Below are positions 54,567 through 64,000 of a stretch of DNA of 64,000 bases, one piece after another; position 1 is the stretch's first letter, and each line of letters begins with the position of its first letter. Source of the stretch: Eledone cirrhosa (Eukaryota); contig OZ024740.1 in the NCBI GenBank assembly GCA_964016885.1, positions 281,294,001 to 281,358,000 on the forward strand. Reading direction: 5' to 3'. The translations under genes and the position numbers were made by a program. The notes under the pieces are model-generated. The model saw only the letters and a list, made by a program, of their open reading frames with translations, did no database searches and was not told the DNA's origin.

Positions 54567-54650
54567 CGAAGGAGTTGTGGTAAGGAACCAGATGGACCAT
54601 AACGCACCAGAGTACTCAATACTTAGGGTAGTACAGTGGGTAATAGGAAA

Positions 54651-54755
54651 AAAGTATGACCCCCGACAGCAGAGCTCAAGCCGTTTCGACGGCTATTTCT
54701 GTGTCCAGAAATACCCGTCGAAACGGCTTCAGCTCTGCTGTCGGGGTCATACTTT
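54651..54755. repeat. GC-rich ~50-bp-arm hairpin
   Basis: aaagtatgacccccgacagcagagctcaagccgtttcgacggctatttctg-tgtc-cagaaatacccgtcgaaacggcttcagctctgctgtcggggtcatacttt. Confidence 0.9.
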
Positions 54756-54759
54756 CTCA

Positions 54760-55611
<852 letters not shown>

Positions 55612-55787
55612 TAATATATGATATATATATATATATATATAATATATATAATATATGATATATATATATATAATATATATAATATATGATATATATATAT
55701 ATATATATATATATACATTATGAAGAGAGAAGAAACATTTAGATATAATTAGTAATAAAATGTATCATACCTAAACTGCTCCTAAAT

Positions 55788-55877
55788 TCCTCGACTACGT
55801 AGTTTCGTGGCATAAACAAAAACAATATATCATAAAGATATAGAGTCCTTGCGAGGTCTGCCGACTTATCAAGAGGA
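55788..55877 (-). ncRNA. Variant-core (U3-A8) hammerhead
   Basis: Mirror copy of 56516-56605. Confidence 0.72.
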
Positions 55878-56515
55878 TACCTCATTTTACTAGTCTCAAG
55901 AACGCGTCTACACGACGTGAGAAAGAATCCCAAAAGGCGGAGGGGGAGATAGTCACGCGATATAACGGTCGAGAAATAGAGCTAAGCCTCTTATAACCCC
56001 GAAGAAAATACCACGGAGGCGGAGGGGGTATCCATATCGAGGCCGTAGAAGAGGTGGTGAAGAAGGCGAGAAGTATGAGTAATGGAAGCTTTCCAGCTGT
56101 CCCCACACTTCAAAGATTGCTCGACCAGAGGGAGTTATTAACAATATATTTAGAAACACACAGATACATGCGGACACACACATATATACATGAATGCATC
56201 CGCACCCAACTGTGAGTTAAGGGTGCCAACTTCACCGATGTTGCTCAATGAATGACTGGAACAGACCAATTCAGTTGAACTAGACTGAACCAGTATCAGA
56301 GTTAAAAATACATTATGAAGAGAGAAGAAACATTTACACCTCTTCTACGGCCTCGATATGGATACCCCCTCCGCCTCCGTGGTATTTTCTTCGGGATTAT
56401 AAGAGGCTTAGCTCTATTTCTCGACCGTTATATCGCGTGACTATCTCCCCCTCCGCCTTTTGGGATTCTTACTCACGTCGTGTAGACGCGTTCTTGAGAC
56501 TAGTAAAATGAGGTA

Positions 56516-56605
56516 TCCTCTTGATAAGTCGGCAGACCTCGCAAGGACTCTATATCTTTATGATATATTGTTTTTGTTTATGCCACGAAACTACGTAGTC
56601 GAGGA
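56516..56605 (+). ncRNA. Variant-core (U3-A8) hammerhead
   Basis: tcctc-TTGATAA-gtcggca...tgccac-GAAA-ctacgtag-TC-gagga. Confidence 0.72.
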
Positions 56606-56838
56606 ATTTAGGAGCAGTTTAGGTATGATACATTTTATTACTAATTATATCTAAATGTTTCTTCTCTCTTCATAATGTATTTTTAACTCTGATACTGGTT
56701 CAGTCTAGTTCAACTGAATTGGTCTGTCCCAGTCATTCATTGAGCAACATCGGTGAAGTTGGCACCCTTAACTCACAGTTGGGTGCGGATGCATTCATGT
56801 ATATATGTGTGTGTCCGCATGTATCTGTGTGTTTCTAA

Positions 56839-56890
<52 letters not shown>

Positions 56891-57002
56891 GATATTTGAT
56901 ATATAATATATAATATATGATATATATATATATAATATATGATATGTTGATTTAAAACTGCACTATTCACAAGTGTGTTTTAACCTTCATATCATATCTC
57001 CC

Positions 57003-57073
57003 TATTTTATCTGACGAAAACGCAAATGTTATTGCATGATGGTATTTGTTTTTGAAATGCGCATAATAAAATA
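57003..57073 (+). ncRNA. Type I hammerhead ribozyme
   Basis: tattttat-CTGACGA-aaacgcaaatg...tatttgttttt-GAAA-tgcgca-TA-ataaaata. Confidence 0.85.
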
Positions 57074-57150
57074 TATGGAACTCTTTTAACCATCTTTTGA
57101 TCTTATATATTATAATATATATATATATATATAAACTTAGCTGAGAATAG

Positions 57151-57229
57151 ACTCCCTGATGACGTAAGGTTTCTCTATAGTTATTACGTAACTATAGTTA
57201 TCCCCTTACAGAAACTAATTAGTTGGAGT
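57151..57229 (+). ncRNA. Type I hammerhead ribozyme with long stem II
   Basis: actcc-CTGATGA-cgtaagg...ctatagtta(ttacg)taactatag...ccttaca-GAAA-ctaattag-TT-ggagt. Confidence 0.85.
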
Positions 57230-57654
57230 GAAATTTTAGTAAGTAAGTCAATTTTCATAACTTTCTTATTTACGTCTTTCATATACTTGTTCTGCATTCC
57301 CCTGCATAGAACCACAAAGTTACTAAGACAAAACATATATATCTGCTAGCATAGGTATGCATCGGTATACATATGTCGGTAGATATATTAATTCTTTATA
57401 ATTATCTTCAAATTATTTGTTGATCAAAATTTGCCAAATTACTACTGTGACTTATAGTAGTAGCTAGGCTCTGTCTTAATAGCACTCCCACTCCAAGCTG
57501 GTTAACCTCAGTGTCACGTGATTGATTCTTTTGAATTTGCCACTTGACCAAGAAGGCAGTGAATTTTTCAATGGCTTGGAATCTAGCGCAGCTCGCTTTT
57601 TTCCATCCACTGAATTATTTTTATATAAGTTCCCAGTGTCCCCGCATTGCCTGG

Positions 57655-59625
57655 AAACTAACAAACTGCATAATAGGCAGTATGGATGTTGTGTCCCTGT
57701 ATCCATCTATTGACGTGGATTTTGCTGTGGAGAAATGCGTAGAAATGATCAGTGAGAGCAAGGTTGAGTTCCGTGGGATTGATACCAGTGAGCTGGGACT
57801 CCTACTTAAGCTTACCTATAGTAATAATTACCTAGACACATATGACCTTAGCAACCTGTGCCCTACAAGACCAGCAAGAGGCAGACCACCTACCATTACC
57901 TCAATGGCCAAGAAAACCCACACAGATAGATGGAACGGGTGGACCAGAGCCATACGGACACCCGAAAACCACGATGAACTGAAGAAAATGATTGCACATG
58001 CGGTAGGGGCCAGCATAAAACTAACCCTTAAGGAACATATGTTCAAATTTAATGGAAAAACATATGCCCAAGAGGAAGGAGCAGCCATTGGTGTTAGCAT
58101 TGCAGGCGACATAGCTAACTTATTCATGGTATGGTGGGACAGTAGACTTAAACTTAAACTTAAAGAACAATTAGAAGACCCCTTAACCCTGATAATGTAC
58201 TCCCGCTACGTAGATGATATAAACATCGTAGTTAAGACACCCCCACTAGAGAACAGTCAGGAACTAGAGAAAAACACAATGGAAAGCATCCAGCAAATAG
58301 CAAACTCCATCCACCAGAGCATTAGAGTTACTATAGACTACCCAAGTAAACACCCCAACCATCGATTAACTGTACTAGACACAGAGCTCTGGTTAGATAC
58401 CATTAACAACAAAAAACAAATCCTCCATTCCCATTATGCCAAACCCATGACTTCCAAACATCTGATCCACCGAAACTCGGCCGTTTCGGACCATACCAAA
58501 ATCAACATACTGATTACGGATTTGGTACGGGTGATGAGAAATGTGTCCCGCATGTGCAACCCCGAAGAACTAGAGAGACACATACAACACTTCATCCACC
58601 GTATGCAGTTCTCTGGCTACAATCAGAGAGATAAAATCAGAGTGTATAGAGGAGCCAGAGCCAAATGGGAAAAAATGGTAAATAATGACATAAATGGGAC
58701 CTGCCCCTTGTATAGGAGCAAATTTTGGAATAGAATAGAAATAACTAGGAACAAGGCTAATAGAATAAACTCATAGTATGATAGTAATAAATACCAGAGT
58801 GTAATGTTCATCGATACAACCCCTAGAGGTGAATTAGCTTACAAATTTAGAAGGGCCCTAAATAAACATAAACTCAATATTAAGATAGTAGAAAGACCAG
58901 GTACCTCCGTAAAAACACTTATTAGCAAGACATACCCTTTTCAAAGACCCTCATGTATAGATAAGAAATGTATAACCTGTAAAATAAGCCCCCATATTAA
59001 CTGTAAAACTAGAAATGTAGTGTATAGCATAAGATGTACTGAAGGACAATGTAGAGACAAAAATATAGTGTACATAGGTGAGACAGCTCGTAGTGTAGGG
59101 GAACGGATAAATGAACACTGGCGAGACCTTCAAGATAATAAAGAATCATCTGTACTCTACCAACATGCTAAAATAGAACACAAGGGTAAATTAGAGAACA
59201 TAGAAATAAAAATAGAATCTACACACAGAAAAGACGCAATGTTTAGACAAATTACAGAGGCAATAAACATAAAAGAATTACAACCAAAATTAAATAGAAA
59301 ATATGAGTGGAACAGCAACATCACAACTTACAATTAAGGACAAAATGAAAACACACACACATAGAACAAACAACCAACCAGTAACATGTAAATAAACAAA
59401 TAAATAAATGAACATAAACACACACAGACACCCGGATGTGGCGCATGCGCAGACTGAGCACACAACACACACACAGAAACAAAATGGCGTAGGACAGAAC
59501 AAAGGAGAGGCACAGAAACAAAGAAAGGAATCCCCAGTCACTGAAGAGGTCACAGAGTGTGTGACGAAAGAACTATGACTATATATAAACAACTATCTGG
59601 TTGTGGAACCAACCAACCAACCAGA
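57655..59625 (+). mobile_element. 5'-truncated Penelope-like element (RT + GIY-YIG, single TAG at 58774)
   Basis: GSMDVVSLYPSI, QEEGAAIGVSIAG..ANLFMVWWD, RYVDD, VLD. In-frame continuation NS*YDSNKYQSVMF to CKTRNVVY...YIGETARSVGERINEH...RQITEA...LNRKYE. Confidence 0.92.
59536..59580 (+). ncRNA. Hammerhead at PLE 3' end
   Basis: agtca-CTGAAGA-ggtcac(agagtgt)gtgac-GAAA-g(aa)c-TA-tgact. Confidence 0.85.
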
Positions 59626-59857
59626 AATTTATAAATTTATAAATTTATAAATTTATTATAAATTTATTATAATAAATTGAAGTGAAAGCTACTGGTGGGT
59701 GTGTTTCCTATTGGCAACATGACCCTCCCAAAGTATAACAATATCGGTTTCAACACACGATTTCAGATAAAGAATCTTGCTAAACAAATTCAGAAACTAA
59801 ATATATATATATATATATATATTATTATTATGTAATAAACAACATAAGGCAATTATT

Positions 59858-59913
59858 CCATTTACCAGTGGTTTCTTAAAAGCAAAAGGTTTTGCTTTCA
59901 ATCCTCAGAATGA
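59858..59913 (-). ncRNA. Type I hammerhead ribozyme
   Basis: Identical to 5877-5932. Confidence 0.85.
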
Positions 59914-60124
59914 AAAATCCTGGTTTGTTTATTGAATATGGATTCTAAAAACGAAAATGCAATCTATATGAAAGTGAGGCTGGAAAAGGGAGAAGGAAAG
60001 GAAAAATAAAATAAAATAAAACTACACATGCAAACACACACAAAAAAACCCAAAAGCATACTTACACACACACACATATATACACATATAATTTGCACGC
60101 ATACACATATACACATACACATAC

Positions 60125-60169
<45 letters not shown>

Positions 60170-60269
60170 CACATACATACACACATATATATATAAGAGC
60201 GTACACCTACACACACATACACATATATATACACACATATACACATACATATATTCATACATACACACG

Positions 60270-60303
<34 letters not shown>

Positions 60304-60329
60304 TACATATATATACACATGTACATATC

Positions 60330-60379
<50 letters not shown>

Positions 60380-60402
60380 CATATACACACATATACACAT
60401 AT

Positions 60403-60442
<40 letters not shown>

Positions 60443-60838
60443 GTGTGTACAAGCCTACACATACACACACACATATATATACACACACATATACATACAT
60501 TCACACAAACATACAACGTACATACATACACATACATGAATGCACTCCACTACATATTAACACACGCAAATAAATATAAGAAAAAAATATATAAATAATA
60601 TTAACAAATATTTGACAGCGATACATGCCCCAGCTAACAGGACAGACACGCGTGGTAAGTAATACACACATAAGCGCATATACATACGTTCGAAATAGTA
60701 AACACATACACACACTCTCACACATAAATATACATATACAAATACATAAACACGTACATACACATACATACGCAAACACGTACACGTATACAATATAAAC
60801 ACACACATGTATATGTAATTATATACACACACACACAC

Positions 60839-60878
<40 letters not shown>

Positions 60879-61350
60879 TATATATATACATACAAAATAT
60901 AAAAATATAAACGCACACACACATATAAATACGTAAACACACATATACATACATAGCTAAACAATTATACACATGCAAATACGTATATATCAAAAGAACG
61001 CACAACCAAATACAAACACACACACATATATACACACACACACACCCACACACAAACCCACACATACATAAAAATAAATAAAAACACACGCAACATATAC
61101 ATACATAAACGTACATATACATACATACACATATACATATACATATATATATATACACACATATATATACACAAATATATATACATATATATATATATAC
61201 ACACGTACACGTACACATACACACATGCATACACATACACACACACATATACATGTGTGTATGTGTAAAGCTCAGTATTAGGTAAGACAAATGAACCTTA
61301 CATAAACGTATATATAGTAGTAAAGTAATAAAGCCATACAAGGCAATTAA

Positions 61351-61408
61351 TCCATTCACCAGAGGTTTCTTAAAAGCAAAAAAAGTTTCCTTCAATCTTC
61401 AGAATGAA
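61351..61408 (-). ncRNA. Paralogous hammerhead with non-canonical GUG triplet (mirror copy at 63224-63281 +)
   Basis: ttcatt-CTGAAGA-ttgaagga...gcttttaa-GAAA-cc(tct)gg-TG-aatgga. Confidence 0.65.
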
Positions 61409-61475
61409 ATATACAAATATATACACACATACAGACACGCACACACACATATATATATATACATATATATATATA

Positions 61476-61515
<40 letters not shown>

Positions 61516-62362
61516 CATACATACACACATACACACACATACATATACACACATACATACACATATATATACATACACAAACATATACGTACACATATAC
61601 ATATATACACACAAAAATACATACACATACACATAGGTATGTGAAGGGCAAAACAAAAAGAATATATGGGGTGGGGGGCCTAGAGGAGGTAAAAATATAA
61701 AGGGAGGTAAGGGGGAAAAAAATATATTTTTTAAATACAAGAGTACAGAAGGTAGAAGCAGCAAAATAAAAGCCGTAGCAAAAGTAAAGAGCAGAGAAGG
61801 AGTTCAAGGCGGTTGATTTATCGTAGGAGTGTCAATCCAGTTACAGATCAGATGCGATTTCAGATGAGGACAGCATCTGAAGATCTCAGTCTTAGAGTTA
61901 AGGCAAGCGGAAGTGTCTCTCAAGTTTAGCAAAATCCTATACTTTTCTGTGGTACACAAAGAACAATTCTTTGTGCCCCTTTGGTACTCCCTCGAATGGT
62001 CTAATATAGACCAATCAATAGAGTACGGGATATTACTATCCTTGAGATCCCATACCTTACTTGCGAGGGCCGTTGATGTTCGTTTATCTGAGTGTTTAAA
62101 AGAAGCGACATGTGAGTAAAATCTGGTTTTAAACCTGTCCTGGGTCATACCGACATATCGCTCGCTTCTGGCTGGCTGGTTGTTGATAACTGGCGTTATT
62201 TTAGCCTCATAAACGACAGATTTTGTTTTACATTTACCCTGCAATGGGCATTCATCCGGCTTCCTGCAACTGCATCCTGGATTTATCCTCGTACGGTTTG
62301 AACTGGTGATTTTGGATTTCATGGATGGACAACAAGAGTAGCTGATCTTAACTACATTCCTA

Positions 62363-63116
62363 TTGCAGGAAGCCGGATGAATGCCCATTGCAGGGTAAAT
62401 GTAAAACAAAATCTGTCGTTTATGAGGCTAAAATAACGCCAGTTATCAACAACCAGCCAGCCAGAAGCGAGCGATATGTCGGTATGACCCAGGACAGGTT
62501 TAAAACCAGATTTTACTCACATGTCGCTTCTTTTAAACACTCAGATAAACGAACATCAACGGCCCTCGCAAGTAAGGTATGGGATCTCAAGGATAGTAAT
62601 ATCCCGTACTCTATTGATTGGTCTATATTAGACCATTCGAGGGAGTACCAAAGGGGCACAAAGAATTGTTCTTTGTGTACCACAGAAAAGTATAGGATTT
62701 TGCTAAACTTGAGAGACACTTCCGCTTGCCTTAACTCTAAGACTGAGATCTTCAGATGCTGTCCTCATCTGAAATCGCATCTGATCTGTAACTGGATTGA
62801 CACTCCTACGATAAATCAACCGCCTTGAACTCCTTCTCTGCTCTTTACTTTTGCTACGGCTTTTATTTTGCTGCTTCTACCTTCTGTACTCTTGTATTTA
62901 AAAAATATATTTTTTTCCCCCTTACCTCCCTTTATATTTTTACCTCCTCTAGGCCCCCCACCCCATATATTCTTTTTGTTTTGCCCTTCACATACCTATG
63001 TGTATGTGTATGTATTTTTGTGTGTATATATGTATATGTGTACGTATATGTTTGTGTATGTATATATATGTGTATGTATGTGTGTATATGTATGTGTGTG
63101 TATGTGTGTATGTATG

Positions 63117-63156
<40 letters not shown>

Positions 63157-63749
63157 TATATATATATATGTATATATATATATGTGTGTGTGCGTGTCTG
63201 TATGTGTGTATATATTTGTATATTTCATTCTGAAGATTGAAGGAAACTTTTTTTGCTTTTAAGAAACCTCTGGTGAATGGATTAATTGCCTTGTATGGCT
63301 TTATTACTTTACTACTATATATACGTTTATGTAAGGTTCATTTGTCTTACCTAATACTGAGCTTTACACATACACACATGTATATGTGTGTGTGTATGTG
63401 TATGCATGTGTGTATGTGTACGTGTACGTGTGTATATATATATATATGTATATATATTTGTGTATATATATGTGTGTATATATATATATGTATATGTATA
63501 TGTGTATGTATGTATATGTACGTTTATGTATGTATATGTTGCGTGTGTTTTTATTTATTTTTATGTATGTGTGGGTTTGTGTGTGGGTGTGTGTGTGTAT
63601 ATATGTGTGTGTGTTTGTATTTGGTTGTGCGTTCTTTTGATATATACGTATTTGCATGTGTATAATTGTTTAGCTATGTATGTATATGTGTGTTTACGTA
63701 TTTATATGTGTGTGTGCGTTTATATTTTTATATTTTGTATGTATATATA

Positions 63750-63789
<40 letters not shown>

Positions 63790-64000
63790 GTGTGTGTGTG
63801 TGTATATAATTACATATACATGTGTGTGTTTATATTGTATACGTGTACGTGTTTGCGTATGTATGTGTATGTACGTGTTTATGTATTTGTATATGTATAT
63901 TTATGTGTGAGAGTGTGTGTATGTGTTTACTATTTCGAACGTATGTATATGCGCTTATGTGTGTATTACTTACCACGCGTGTCTGTCCTGTTAGCTGGGG
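62363..64000 (+). mobile_element. Inverted duplicate of the same Naiad 3' region (right arm of a >1.6-kb palindrome)
   Basis: 62363-64000 is the reverse complement of 62269-60628, with a 93-bp spacer. Runs off the window. Confidence 0.93.

Larger units (their letters stand above)
55713..56843. mobile_element. Retrozyme-like element: 595-bp unit plus a circularly permuted inverted copy
   Basis: tacattatgaagagagaagaaacattta occurs at ~55714 and ~56309. 56337-56843 is the reverse complement of 56056->55714 continuing into 56308->~56143. Confidence 0.88.
59819..62362 (-). mobile_element. 5'-truncated Naiad-type PLE: GIY-YIG plus microsatellite-rich 3' UTR with two HHRs
   Basis: ORF 61804-62409: NRNVVKISYSC...CSCRKPDECPLQGKC...RYVGMT...CSLCTTEK...CPH, very similar to the 6.4-kb element. 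HHRs at 59858-59913 and 61351-61408. Confidence 0.9.

Noticed and set aside
58774-58776. Programmed read-through between RT and GIY-YIG
   Set aside because: Most simply a TGG->TAG mutation in a WY motif of a truncated copy.

Overview
Eukaryotic, very AT-rich repeat-dominated DNA with no confidently identifiable intact host gene. The SINE families and (TA)n/(CA)n load suggest an octopod cephalopod (inference). Most long ORFs are decayed retrotransposons: several Penelope-like elements (PLEs; Naiad-type and other clades with RT + C-terminal GIY-YIG), an APE-RT LINE (Vingi/Ingi-like), and RTE, CR1-like, CRE-like and R4/Dong fragments. tRNA-derived SINEs, Helitron-like elements and a hAT MITE are also present. 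The most striking layer is invisible in the ORF track. I can read about 25 complete or near-complete type I hammerhead ribozyme (HHR) motifs plus a few partial ones, from many distinct families. They sit in PLE pseudo-LTRs/3' ends and in small non-coding 310-, 466-, 581- and 595-bp tandem units (retrozyme-like). These units are inserted into (TA)n tracts, and three of the four carry fold-back inversions. One family has a compensated U3-A8 catalytic core, several have unusually long stem II insertions, and one inverted copy reads across the unit junction, as expected for a circular or multimeric RNA template. All folds were derived by eye, and activity is untested.
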